64,000 nucleotides of DNA from Thermodesulfovibrionales bacterium (GCA_963715195.1 CAVQRT010000025.1:1-64000), one strand, 5' to 3'. Numbered from the stretch's first letter, positions 1 to 10,172 are shown. The notes: a model not told the origin generated them from the letters alone. Made by a program: numbers and translations.

Positions 1-170
1 CAAAAAGATCAGACTTATACTGATACCTTTTACTCTTTATCTGTGGTAAAAATTAGCATGGGTCAGACTCCTCATATTCGCTGGGAGATGGGGGCAGCGT
101 TAAGCTGCCGCCATAAATTCATGAAATGAATAAAATGATAAGAGGCGCCTAACAGGAGGAATCATAAACG

Positions 171-356
171 ATGAAAGGTACCAAATGTCTTGTATGTGGC
201 AATAATACCTTGCAGGGAACCTTGTGTGCGGTATGCAAGGCAGGCATACCACAGATTCAGGAAGAGCTCATTGCTTTATTAAAGGAAGATAAATATCTGA
301 ATGTGCTCAAGAAATTAAACCTATCGAAACGATATAAGAATATCTCGCTGAACTAA
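171..356 (+). CDS. Small putative Zn-ribbon protein (CxxC-x9-CxxC)
   Basis: 61 aa, AGGAGG RBS upstream, CLVC and CAVC pairs. Confidence 0.6.
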   Translation: MKGTKCLVCGNNTLQGTLCAVCKAGIPQIQEELIALLKEDKYLNVLKKLNLSKRYKNISLN

Positions 357-743
357 GTATCTGAGGCGCTGCCTCAGAAGAGGTAGTATGATCGTTCCAA
401 AGAATCGGACTGTACCTTACAGTTCCCGTCCAAAGACAAACTGTCCAGGAATTCACACGGTATCGGCGATATGGATGTATACCCAAGAGGCAGGCGGCGG
501 ATCAACTGCATGCCGTTACACTCTGTTTAATACTAAAGATATACAGGTATAGGTGCCGCTGAGAAAATGATATGCATATTATGGGGCGAATATCACACTG
601 CCTCCCTGAGAGTCTTGAGAGGCAAACATCCTTCCTGTATTCCACAGGCTTATCTGCAAATTCAACCTATGACGCTACATCAGCTTCACAAAAGTGCCAG
701 TTTGAGGTAAGTTCCATTAATAAGATATAGCAGGAGGAAGAAA

Positions 744-1313
744 ATGAATGCAGTAATTGACGCAATCAGGAAGAGACGGTCAGTTCGATCTTATGAGTCT
801 AAGCCCATCCCAAAGGATATCATCAATATGATAATAGATGCTGGAAATGAAGCACCATCTTCTATGAACAGTCAGCCCTGGAGGTTTGTTGTGGTAGAAG
901 ATAGGAAGATTCATCAGAAGCTACTGCAAATAGCATTACCGAAAGCGAAGAAGATATTCGATACCGTAAAGGAGAAAGACCCGATACGGTATGAATCAAT
1001 TATGAAGCGCTTTGACGAATCAGACGACCCTGTTTATTATTCGGCTCCTGTAATAGTATTTGTGATCGGACAAGGAATATATGCAGATCATTCATGTCCC
1101 CTTGCTTGTGAGAATTTGATGCTTGCAGCCTATTCATTGGGGTTAGGTAGTTGTTGGGTAGGTCTTGGATCAATGATTTCTGATAATGCGGAAGCAAGAA
1201 GGCTTCTTGATTTACAGAATGATGAGAGAATTTTCGGCCCAATTATTATTGGCTATCCCAAAATGAATCCTGAACGACCGCAGAAGAAGCAACCAGCGGT
1301 GAAGTGGCTTTAA
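744..1313 (+). CDS. Nitroreductase family protein
   Basis: RRSVRSY, APSSMNSQPWRF and LAAYSLGLGSCW motifs; AGGAGG RBS. Confidence 0.92.
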   Translation: MNAVIDAIRKRRSVRSYESKPIPKDIINMIIDAGNEAPSSMNSQPWRFVVVEDRKIHQKLLQIALPKAKKIFDTVKEKDPIRYESIMKRFDESDDPVYYSAPVIVFVIGQGIYADHSCPLACENLMLAAYSLGLGSCWVGLGSMISDNAEARRLLDLQNDERIFGPIIIGYPKMNPERPQKKQPAVKWL

Positions 1314-1424
1314 GTATTCTTCAACGAGGTCTATGATTTCACTAATGTCTAATGAATTGTATACAAAAACTTATTGTGATATATTGGATGTATTAAGAAA
1401 TGCAGTAAATACTAAGAAGGGGGA

Positions 1425-1631
1425 ATGAGTATGGCAAAATTGAAGAAGGGACAAACGATGGTCTGTGTTCCTTGTGCACGAGAGGTTGTCATTAGTAGTA
1501 CAGGGGCATCAAGTACTACACTCTGGTGTTGTGGAAGACCCATGAAAGAGAAATCAAAGACGGCGGTGAAAAAGAAACCCGCATCTAAGACTTCCGCAAA
1601 AAGGACAACGAAAAAAACTGCAAAAAAATAG
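1425..1631 (+). CDS. Desulforedoxin-like metal-binding microprotein with Lys-rich tail
   Basis: CVPC...LWCCGRPM resembles the desulforedoxin CxxC...CCGxxM pattern. Confidence 0.6.
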   Translation: MSMAKLKKGQTMVCVPCAREVVISSTGASSTTLWCCGRPMKEKSKTAVKKKPASKTSAKRTTKKTAKK

Positions 1632-1649
1632 GGTGGCGTTCATAAATGC

Positions 1650-1682
1650 AAAAGGCAGGACAATAATGGCCTGCCTTTTTTT
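1650..1682 (+). terminator. Intrinsic terminator, possibly bidirectional
   Basis: aaaaggcagg...cctgcctttttt hairpin plus U tract between convergent genes. Confidence 0.75.
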
Positions 1683-1794
1683 GCGAATTTCTCAGATAAA
1701 GCTGCACCATGCATTCTTGACCTTTCCCTGCCTCGTTCATCCTGCACATTCCCAGTAAGTATTCCCACGATTGTTAAAGCCTGAGCACACTTGC

Positions 1795-2403
1795 TTAATG
1801 ACCAGCCGCACTGCCCCAAAGCTCCTTGAGTCGCTGATCACGACCGCACCTGTAACGGTAAAATTTGTATCGGATCGGGTTCTTCTTGTAATAATGCTGG
1901 TGATAATCCTCGGCAGGGTAGAACTCGGTGGCCTTTACGATCTCGGTTACGACAGGTTCTTTGAAAGTTTTGTTCTTTTCCAATAGTGACTTTGACTGCA
2001 ATGCAAGACGACGCTGCTCCTCGTTATGGTAGAAGATGGCACCTCGATATTGATGTCCCGCATCACAGAACTGCCGGTCCTTACTGGTCGGATCGATGTT
2101 GTGCCAAAATATGTTCAGGAGCTTTTCGTAGGAAACCCGCGTCGGGTCGTAGACAATCTGGACTGATTCGGCGTGTCCGGTTCCTCCTGCCGAAACCTCT
2201 GCGTATGTTGGATTCTTTTTCTGACCGCCAGTGTAACCCGACGTAACCGAAACTACGCCGGGAACCTCATCGAAGGGGTGCTCCATGCACCAGAAGCAGC
2301 CGCCTGCAAATGTCGCTTTCTCGAGATTAGTTGCAGCCATGACTGTGGTGATTGCGATGAGTATGACTGACATCCCCATTATTGCGGTAATACGCATTTT
2401 CAT
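1795..2403 (-). CDS. msrA: Peptide-methionine (S)-S-oxide reductase with signal peptide
   Basis: GGCFWC, GHAE and AEDYHQ motifs; hydrophobic N-terminus. Confidence 0.95.
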   Translation of the reverse strand: MKMRITAIMGMSVILIAITTVMAATNLEKATFAGGCFWCMEHPFDEVPGVVSVTSGYTGGQKKNPTYAEVSAGGTGHAESVQIVYDPTRVSYEKLLNIFWHNIDPTSKDRQFCDAGHQYRGAIFYHNEEQRRLALQSKSLLEKNKTFKEPVVTEIVKATEFYPAEDYHQHYYKKNPIRYKFYRYRCGRDQRLKELWGSAAGH

Positions 2404-2427
2404 TGTATCTCCTCCCGGATAACTCCA

Positions 2428-2985
2428 TCATTTCTTATTTGCCACAAATTGCAAGGCAGCCGAATTCATGCAGTAGCGAAGCCCTTTAGGTTTAGGGCCA
2501 TCGTTAAAAATGTGGCCGATATGGCTGTCGCACCGACGACAGAGTACCTCAGTGCGCTGAATAAAGAGGCTATTGTCTGGCCTTGTGATAATATTCTCCG
2601 CAGCGATTGGCGCCGTGAAACTTGGCCAGCCCGTGCCGGAATCGTATTTGTCTTCGGACCTGAACAGGTCTAGACCGCAGGCCGCGCAACGGTAAATGCC
2701 ATGCTCGTGGTGGTTGTCGTATATACCGGTAAAAGCCTTTTCAGTCCCCTTTTCTCTCAGGATGTGGTACTGTTCGGGTGTCAACTGTTTTCTCCACTCT
2801 TCTTCAGTTTTGGTTACCGTTTCGCTCATGATAAAATCCCCTTTTTCAGCGGAATATACCTTGATCTGTGCGGGCCCTGATGCGCTGCGGGTCCCATCCA
2901 ATTTTCCCGAGCAGCCGGAAAATACAGTACTGCTGACAACAATTATGATTAGCAAGAGCCACGAGTATAGGGTTGAGTGTTTCAT
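2428..2985 (-). CDS. msrB: Peptide-methionine (R)-S-oxide reductase, predicted lipoprotein
   Basis: GTGWPSF and RYCMNS motifs, two CxxC Zn sites; FSGC lipobox-like. Confidence 0.95.
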   Translation of the reverse strand: MKHSTLYSWLLLIIIVVSSTVFSGCSGKLDGTRSASGPAQIKVYSAEKGDFIMSETVTKTEEEWRKQLTPEQYHILREKGTEKAFTGIYDNHHEHGIYRCAACGLDLFRSEDKYDSGTGWPSFTAPIAAENIITRPDNSLFIQRTEVLCRRCDSHIGHIFNDGPKPKGLRYCMNSAALQFVANKK

Positions 2986-3125
2986 TTTATGCCTCCTTTC
3001 TGCAATAGTGGAATTAATAAAACAGCTAAGTTAATAAAATATATTCAGATACACTATATGCCCAAATTGCGGACAGTTGTATCGGAATATATCTGATTTT
3101 TCTGTAAGATTTTAGAGGGGTATAC

Positions 3126-3144
3126 TGTAGGAATTGTTCTTACA
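3126..3144. promoter_or_regulatory. Palindromic operator TGTAGG-N7-CTTACA
   Basis: Reverse complement matches 9471-9489 at 17/19 positions. Confidence 0.55.
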
Positions 3145-3397
3145 GAACATTGTCATAATTGCTTCAAATTGTACTCTCGCCTATTAAAAAAAGAATTTGG
3201 TTGTGAATGCTTGAATAGGAAATATGCCGGTATTAGAAGCTCCATTAGAGCGTGTTCCTATGTGAACTCTTATGGTCTATCGTAACCTTGATAGGTGTTA
3301 GAAGAGGAAGGATGTTTGCCCCCGCAGGATTCGCAAAAATGCTCTGTGACATTCGGCCCAAACTGCGCATACCATTTTTCTCAACGGCTCCAGAGGA

Positions 3398-3411
3398 TCC
3401 GCCGAGGCGGA
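3398..3411. repeat. Short REP-like palindrome TCCGCCGAGGCGGA
   Basis: 6-bp perfect GC-rich stem in intergenic DNA. Confidence 0.35.
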
Positions 3412-3512
3412 AAGAATCTTATACTTAGGACAGCCTCCGTGAAGAGTCCCTGATTGCAGGAAACCGGGTAAAGTTTTTATAATTCAAATAGTCGGTGCTA
3501 CCTGATTGTAAA

Positions 3513-6500
3513 ATGGTCACTAAGAAAACAGATATTAAGAAACCCTCTAAAATAAGTTCTTTACGAGCTTCGAAGAAAAAAACTGCTCAAGCCAAAGAGA
3601 GAAGTTCTTCTTCAAAATCAGAACTCCCTGCTATAGAATATGGGTCAGAAAAAAATAAACCTGTTTCAGGCTTCCCCATTGTCGGTATAGGCGCTTCTGC
3701 AGGAGGACTTGAGCCACTGGAACTTTTTTTCACCCACATGCCCCCTAAAGCAGGCATGGCCTTTGTCATCATCCAGCATTTAGATCCGAAGTACAAAAGC
3801 ATCATGGATGAACTTTTGAAGAGGCATACCACGATGAGCGTTTTGAAAGCAGAGGACGGGATGTCCCCTGAACCAAACACGGTGTACCTAAACCAGCCGG
3901 ACAAAGATATCGGTATTTTCAACGGGTTGCTCCAGTTGACAGACCCAGGAGAGATTCACAGGATTAGGCTCCCGATTGATTACTTTTTCCGCTCTTTAGC
4001 TAAGGAACAGGGAGAAAATGCGATCTGTATTATTCTTTCCGGAAGCGGTTCAGACGGCACCTTAGGGATGAAGGAAATAAAGGGTGCAGGCGGCATGTCA
4101 ATGGTTCAGGAACCAGGACAGGCAGAGTATGACAGTATGCCAAGGAGTGCCATAGACACAGGTCTTGTGGACTATGTCCTGCCGGTGGAAAAAATGCCGA
4201 AGGAACTTATCGGGTATTTAAAGCAACCCTATTTAGTGGAGTATAAAACTGGTATCAGCCACGAACACCTTGACTCTATGCAGAAGATATTGATGCTGGT
4301 TAGATCGAAAACCGGCCATGATTTTACCCACTACAAGCAGAATACCATCCATCGCAGGGTTGAGCGCCGCATGGCTCTTCATCAGATTGATGATATTCGA
4401 AGTTATGTCCGGTATCTTCGGGAAACCCCGGCTGAAGTGCAGGGACTTTTTAAAGACCTTATCATTGAGGTGACCAATTTTTTCAGGGACCCCGAGGCCT
4501 TTGAAGTCCTTGAAAAAAGAGTAATCCCTGCCATATTGGAACGCAAGAAGCCTGATTCTGTTGTGCGCATGTGGGTTCCGGGCTGTGCCACGGGGGAAGA
4601 AGCTTTTTCCTTAGCCATGCTCTTTCAGGAGGCAATGGACAGGTTAGACAAACATATCAATGTCCAAATATTTGCCACTGATATAAACAGTGATGCTATC
4701 GAAAAAGCCCGCACGGCACTATTCCCTGAAAGTATTTCAGCGGACGTGCCCTCAGAGCGATTAAAACGATTTTTCATAAAGGAAGGTGAGGGATACAAAG
4801 TCAAAAAAAATATTCGGGATATGGTAGTCTTTGCCGTCCAAAGCCTTATCTCAGACCCGCCGTTCTCAAAACTTGACCTGGTCAGTTGCCGGAATATGCT
4901 GATCTACCTGGACTCCGTCCTGCAAAAGAAGATAATACCCTTGTTCCATTACACTTTAAACCATGACGGGTATCTCTTCTTAGGCTCCTCAGAAACCATA
5001 GGGGAGTTCAGCGGATTCTTTTCACCGGTTGACACGAAGTGGAAGATATTTCGGCGTAAAGGCGTTGTTACCGAAAGGGTTCCGGATCATCTCTTTGATT
5101 CATCTTATCAGGCTTACCCAGCATACTTGAACGCGAAGGAACAAACCCTGCTTCGAGAGATAAATGTCCGTGACATAGCAGAAAAAATTCTCCTTGACGA
5201 ATATGCTCCTCCCTGTGTTTTCATCGATGAAAAGCTTGATGTCCTCTATTTTCAAGGACCTACTGATTTGTATCTGACACAGCCATCGGGGGAGCCAAGC
5301 TTTAACCTGATCAAAATGGCCCGCGAGGAACTCCGCTATCAACTCAGTGCAGTTGTTTCAAAAGCCGTGAAACAAAAAAAGTCTGTTGTCCGCGAAACGC
5401 TCCACATAAAGCAGAATAAAGGGTATCGAACTATTGATATAGTCGTACGGCACTTACAGCAGTCTACTCCCAAACAGAAAGTGATGATGGTTATATTTGA
5501 GGAGAAAGTACCTCCCGCCGAACGTATCGTAAAGAGCAAAAAAACTGCTAAAATTGCAAGAACTGACCTCAGAGTATCGAGCCTGGAGAAGGAGCTTCAG
5601 TCTACCAAAGAGTATCTCAATGCAACCATTGAACAATTGCAGACGGTGAACGAAGAATTGAGATCGGCAAATGAAGAAATGCAGTCAACAAACGAGGAAC
5701 TGCAGAGCACCAATGAAGAACTGGAGACATCCAAGGAGGAACTGCAATCGACCAACGAGGAACTGGTGACTGTAAACTCGGAGCTGCAGGACAAGATAGA
5801 TGAATTGATGCAGTCCAACAGCGATATTAATAATCTTCTTGCAAGCACTGAGATAGGGACCATCTTTCTGGATAACACGCTTAAAATCAGGCGATTTACC
5901 CCGACTGCCACGAACATCTTCAACCTTATCCCGGCAGATATAGGTCGGCCTGTCAGCGACATTACTTCAAAAATACCTCTTGTCAGTATTGCTGAAGATG
6001 CCAGGACAGTGCTGAAGACTTTGCAAATGAAAGAAGCCGAGGTGCAAACCGAAAACAGCAACTGGTATTCCATGCGCATTTTGCCCTACAGAACAATTGA
6101 AAATATTATTGACGGAGTTGTTGTTACGTTTATAGATATAACCGCACGTAAAATGGCAGAGCAGTTGGGAGAATCCGCCAGGATCTACGCAGAGAACATT
6201 GTTGATACCGTGCGGGAACCCCTTATGATCCTCGATGAGAATCTGAAAGTAGTATCGGCGAACCGGTCTTTCTATCAGACATTTAAAACATCTCCTGAAG
6301 AGACTGAACATATGCTTATCTACGATCTTGGGGACGGTGTATGGAATATTTCCAGGCTGCGTGAGTTGTTGGAAGAGATCATTCCCAAACGCAATTCATT
6401 TGACGACTTCAAATTTACCCACGATTTCCCGGTCATCGGCCGGAAGACGATGCTTCTCAATGCACGCATGATCGAGCAGCGGTCGGAACGGCGGAAGCTT

Positions 6501-6557
6501 ATTCTTCTTGCCATTGAGGATATTCCCGGGAGAGAGCAAAAGAAAGCCTCTGGATAG
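3513..6557 (+). CDS. CheB methylesterase-CheR methyltransferase fusion with coiled coil and PAS domains
   Basis: GASAGG/QH/GSDG CheB triad; GCATGEE and DLVSCRN CheR motifs; NEELQSTNEEL heptads; start uncertain (3495 GTG or 3513 ATG). Confidence 0.92.
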   Translation: MVTKKTDIKKPSKISSLRASKKKTAQAKERSSSSKSELPAIEYGSEKNKPVSGFPIVGIGASAGGLEPLELFFTHMPPKAGMAFVIIQHLDPKYKSIMDELLKRHTTMSVLKAEDGMSPEPNTVYLNQPDKDIGIFNGLLQLTDPGEIHRIRLPIDYFFRSLAKEQGENAICIILSGSGSDGTLGMKEIKGAGGMSMVQEPGQAEYDSMPRSAIDTGLVDYVLPVEKMPKELIGYLKQPYLVEYKTGISHEHLDSMQKILMLVRSKTGHDFTHYKQNTIHRRVERRMALHQIDDIRSYVRYLRETPAEVQGLFKDLIIEVTNFFRDPEAFEVLEKRVIPAILERKKPDSVVRMWVPGCATGEEAFSLAMLFQEAMDRLDKHINVQIFATDINSDAIEKARTALFPESISADVPSERLKRFFIKEGEGYKVKKNIRDMVVFAVQSLISDPPFSKLDLVSCRNMLIYLDSVLQKKIIPLFHYTLNHDGYLFLGSSETIGEFSGFFSPVDTKWKIFRRKGVVTERVPDHLFDSSYQAYPAYLNAKEQTLLREINVRDIAEKILLDEYAPPCVFIDEKLDVLYFQGPTDLYLTQPSGEPSFNLIKMAREELRYQLSAVVSKAVKQKKSVVRETLHIKQNKGYRTIDIVVRHLQQSTPKQKVMMVIFEEKVPPAERIVKSKKTAKIARTDLRVSSLEKELQSTKEYLNATIEQLQTVNEELRSANEEMQSTNEELQSTNEELETSKEELQSTNEELVTVNSELQDKIDELMQSNSDINNLLASTEIGTIFLDNTLKIRRFTPTATNIFNLIPADIGRPVSDITSKIPLVSIAEDARTVLKTLQMKEAEVQTENSNWYSMRILPYRTIENIIDGVVVTFIDITARKMAEQLGESARIYAENIVDTVREPLMILDENLKVVSANRSFYQTFKTSPEETEHMLIYDLGDGVWNISRLRELLEEIIPKRNSFDDFKFTHDFPVIGRKTMLLNARMIEQRSERRKLILLAIEDIPGREQKKASG

Positions 6558-6584
6558 CGAAAAAAAAGAGAGTACCTGATAACA

Positions 6585-8807
6585 ATGAAGAAAACAGAAC
6601 AGAAAAAGCCTTCTGAGTTTCGCAGACGAGCAGAGAAGAAATTAAAGTCTAAAATAACCGCACATAACATAATGTCTGATAATGAAATTCAGCAGTTAAT
6701 CCATGAACTGCAGGTTCATCAGATTGAACTGGAAATGCAAAATGAGGAACTCCGCAAAGCCCAGATAGAACTTGAAACATCCCGCGCCAAGTATTCAGAT
6801 CTTTACGACTTTGCACCTGTCGGTTACTTTACATTTGACAAAAAAGGGGTGATATTGGAAACAAACCTCACCGCAGCTAATTATTTAGGTGTGAAAAGGA
6901 GGTTTCTCATTGACAAACCCTTTCGAACTTATATTCTTGCCGAGCACAGGAAAATATTTGATGGTCACCTTAATAATGTTGTTGTAAATGAAAGCCGGCA
7001 GACATGTGAAATAAGACTAAAGAAAAAAAGCGGGAGCGAGTTTTACGCACAATTGGAAAGTATTTCAATGGATGATTCGGATGGTAATAAGATATGCGGG
7101 ACTTCATTAATTGATATTACCGAGCGTAAAAAAGCAGAAGACGCATTGAGACTCGCGTTCAATGAATCACGGCAGCGGCACGCAGAAATCGAGGCGTTGC
7201 TTCAGGGTTCCAGTGCTGTCTTACGATACAATACTTTTAAGGATGCAGCAGAAGCGATTTTCACATCCTGTAAGGATATCATAGGAGCTGTGTCTGGATA
7301 TATAGCTATGGTTAGCGATGACGGAACGAAGAATGAGGTCATCTATTTAGATTCTGGCGGTCTGACATGTTCAGTTGATCCGGATTTGCCGATGCCTATT
7401 CGTGGCATGCGCGGTGAAGTCTTCAGCAGCGGCAAAGCCATATATCACAATGATTTTTCTCAGAGTGGATGGGTTCATTTTTTGCCTGAAGGACATGTGG
7501 GGCTCGAAAATGTATTGATGGCTCCCATGATTGTTGAGAATAACGTCATTGGTATATTCGGCCTCGGGAATAAACCAGGAGGGTTTACTGATAACGATGT
7601 GCGAATAACATATGCCTTCAGCGAGTTTGCTGCAATTGCACTTGTTAACAAGCGTGCTGATGAGGAAATCAGAAAGGCAAAAAATGCTCTCCAAAAAAGT
7701 AACGAAGAATTGGAGAAAAAAGTGCAGGAACGAACAAAAGAAATTAGGGAAAAAGCTGATCTCATCGACGCACTCTTCAGATATACTGCTACACCCCTGG
7801 TACTCCTTGACAGGGATTTCAATTTCCTACGGGTCAATAAAGAATACGCCAAAGTGTGCTCGAAAGAAATCGAAGAATTCTACGGGCATAACCATTTTAA
7901 ATTATATCCCCATGAAGAAAACGAGGCGATTTTCAGGCGGGTGGTGCAGACGAAAACCCCGTTTCAGGCATTCGTAAAACCCTTTACTTTCCCGGACCAC
8001 CCCGAATGGGGAGTGACATACTGGGACTGGACGCTGACACCATTATTAGATTCAAAGGGTGAGGTGGCCTCTCTTGTCTTTTCACTGAATGATATCACCG
8101 AGCGCAAAAAAGCTGAGGACGACCTGAAAGAATCGCAGGAGAAATTGCGAAATCTTTTCGCACATCTTCAGTTAGCAGTGGAGGCAGAGAGAACAACAAT
8201 CGCCCGGGAGATTCATGATGAATTCGGCACGATATTGACTGCGTTAAATATTGACCTCTCCTGGCTGGAAAAGAAATTACCAGAAGACCAGCACACCCTG
8301 ATAGAGAGAATAAATAAAGATATAGAACTTGTCAATTCTGCGGTCAGAACAGTGCAAAGAATTGCTTCAGAACTCAGACCCGGTGTGCTTGATTATCTTG
8401 GCTTATCCTCAGCAGTGGAATGGCAGGTTAAAGAATTTGCAGACAGGACGGGAATTGACTGGGATATCGCTGTCGACATGGAAACTTCTGACCTTGACAA
8501 GGTTATATCAATAGCGCTCTTCCGCATTCTTCAGGAATCGCTGACCAATGTTTCACGCCATGCGGGAGCATCCAAAATCAGCGTCAAATTAAGAGAGACC
8601 GATAGTATTGTAACCCTCGAAGTGGCTGATGATGGCAAGGGCATTACTGAAGAACAGCTCTCTGACCCCTGGTCCCTTGGTATTTTGGGTCTAAGGGAGC
8701 GCATCCAGTATCTCGGCGGCGATATCGAAATAAAAGGTGCACCCAATAAAGGAACAAGAGTAACAGTCAGGGTACCGCTCAAAATCATGGAGTTGAGAGA
8801 TGATTAA
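6585..8807 (+). CDS. PAS/GAF sensor histidine kinase (HisKA_3, NarX/UhpB type)
   Basis: IAREIHDE H-box, QESLTNVSRHA N-box, DDGKG G1 box. Confidence 0.93.
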   Translation: MKKTEQKKPSEFRRRAEKKLKSKITAHNIMSDNEIQQLIHELQVHQIELEMQNEELRKAQIELETSRAKYSDLYDFAPVGYFTFDKKGVILETNLTAANYLGVKRRFLIDKPFRTYILAEHRKIFDGHLNNVVVNESRQTCEIRLKKKSGSEFYAQLESISMDDSDGNKICGTSLIDITERKKAEDALRLAFNESRQRHAEIEALLQGSSAVLRYNTFKDAAEAIFTSCKDIIGAVSGYIAMVSDDGTKNEVIYLDSGGLTCSVDPDLPMPIRGMRGEVFSSGKAIYHNDFSQSGWVHFLPEGHVGLENVLMAPMIVENNVIGIFGLGNKPGGFTDNDVRITYAFSEFAAIALVNKRADEEIRKAKNALQKSNEELEKKVQERTKEIREKADLIDALFRYTATPLVLLDRDFNFLRVNKEYAKVCSKEIEEFYGHNHFKLYPHEENEAIFRRVVQTKTPFQAFVKPFTFPDHPEWGVTYWDWTLTPLLDSKGEVASLVFSLNDITERKKAEDDLKESQEKLRNLFAHLQLAVEAERTTIAREIHDEFGTILTALNIDLSWLEKKLPEDQHTLIERINKDIELVNSAVRTVQRIASELRPGVLDYLGLSSAVEWQVKEFADRTGIDWDIAVDMETSDLDKVISIALFRILQESLTNVSRHAGASKISVKLRETDSIVTLEVADDGKGITEEQLSDPWSLGILGLRERIQYLGGDIEIKGAPNKGTRVTVRVPLKIMELRDD

Positions 8808-9432
8808 GATACTCGTAGCAGATGACCATGCGGTTGTGAGGGAGGGCATAAAGCATATTTTTTCCGAGCTACCCGATTTACATATTGCCGGTGAGGCAAG
8901 CAATGGACAGGAGGTCCTCGATAACATCCGAAAACAGGACTACGACCTGCTGCTCCTTGATATCGCAATGCCGGGAAGAGATGGTCTTGAGATATTGAAA
9001 GAGATAAAAGCACGGAAACCAAAGCTGCCTGTTCTGATACTGAGTATGTTCCCGGAAGAACAGTATGCGCTCAGGGCTATAAAATCGGGTGCTTCCGGTT
9101 ATCTGACTAAGGTTAGCATCCCCAATGAACTCGTGAAAGCTGTACGGAAGATACTGCGAGGCGGGAATTACGTGAGTTCTTCTTTTTCTGAAAACCTGCT
9201 TACCGAATTAGCGAGCGATAGAAAGAAGCCTCTCCATGAGACGCTGTCTGACCGTGAATATCAGATCATGAGAATGATCGCTTCAGGAAAGACCATAAAC
9301 AAGATATCAGATGAACTGTCGCTGAGCGTCAAAACAGTTTATACTTACAGAGCCCGCATCCTCGAGAAGATGGGAATGAAAAACAATATGGAGTTGACTC
9401 ATTACGCAACGAAGCATGGTCTCATAGACTGA
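8800..9432 (+). CDS. NarL/LuxR-family DNA-binding response regulator
   Basis: ADDH...LLDIAMP receiver; LSDRE...LSVKTVYTYRARI HTH; overlaps kinase stop. Confidence 0.95.
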   Translation: MIKILVADDHAVVREGIKHIFSELPDLHIAGEASNGQEVLDNIRKQDYDLLLLDIAMPGRDGLEILKEIKARKPKLPVLILSMFPEEQYALRAIKSGASGYLTKVSIPNELVKAVRKILRGGNYVSSSFSENLLTELASDRKKPLHETLSDREYQIMRMIASGKTINKISDELSLSVKTVYTYRARILEKMGMKNNMELTHYATKHGLID

Positions 9433-9470
9433 ACGTTCCCGTTTGATCTCCTCAATTAGTAGCTTTCCTT

Positions 9471-9489
9471 TGTAAGAAAAATACCTACA
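9471..9489. promoter_or_regulatory. Palindromic operator TGTAAG-N7-CCTACA
   Basis: Second copy of the 3126-3144 site, upstream of the receiver-only gene. Confidence 0.55.
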
Positions 9490-9620
9490 AAAAATAAATC
9501 CTATTTCTTACTAAAGAATGAGAATTCTTTTGATAGTACTGTCTCTTCCATCATGGTAAAAATAATACATAATGCTTCGGATGCGGCCAAGGTGAACTAT
9601 TGATTGCATGTCAAGGTGGT

Positions 9621-10103
9621 ATGAAAAATAAAGATATACCAATGAGAATCCTGATTGCTGACAGCAACAGTCTTTTCCGGGAAAAGATGAAACAGGTTAT
9701 AAATGACAATTTTAGCTTGATTATGACATCAGAAGTATCGGGTGAGGATGACGCGCTGAATGAACTGAGTCAGCATGCTTTTGATGTCCTTATTCTCGAC
9801 ACGGAATTGTCAGACGGCAACGGGCTGAATGTGTTAAAAAAAATCAAGACCATAAACCCGGGTATTCCGGTTTTAGCTATCAGCATGTTCCCGGTTGAAC
9901 AATATAAAGAAAGTCTCTTCCGGGCCGGTGCTCATGGATATGTGTCAAAGGTAAACCTCTCGAATGAGCTCATTACCGCACTCCATCAGATATTCCAGGG
10001 GAAGAAATACTTTCGTTTAGAAGGCACTGATGATTCAGGAAAGAAATCAGAGTTGCCTGCAACTGGGTACAAAAAGATGCCAAAAGGAAGATCTATGAAG
10101 TAA
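9621..10103 (+). CDS. Stand-alone NarL-type receiver domain protein
   Basis: RILIAD...ILDTEL...GAHGYVSK; no HTH; start uncertain. Confidence 0.85.
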   Translation: MKNKDIPMRILIADSNSLFREKMKQVINDNFSLIMTSEVSGEDDALNELSQHAFDVLILDTELSDGNGLNVLKKIKTINPGIPVLAISMFPVEQYKESLFRAGAHGYVSKVNLSNELITALHQIFQGKKYFRLEGTDDSGKKSELPATGYKKMPKGRSMK

Positions 10104-10172
10104 ATATTATGAAATTAGCATCATATGGTCAGTATGATTGCAGTAATTCAATAATAAAGAAAGGAGGAAATC

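Noticed and set aside
55..115. Possible riboswitch upstream of the 61-aa gene
   Set aside because: Only a short ggcagc/gctgcc hairpin; no recognisable aptamer consensus
5640..5780. 21-bp periodic repeats in cheBR
   Set aside because: Coding heptads (NEELQST) typical of this family
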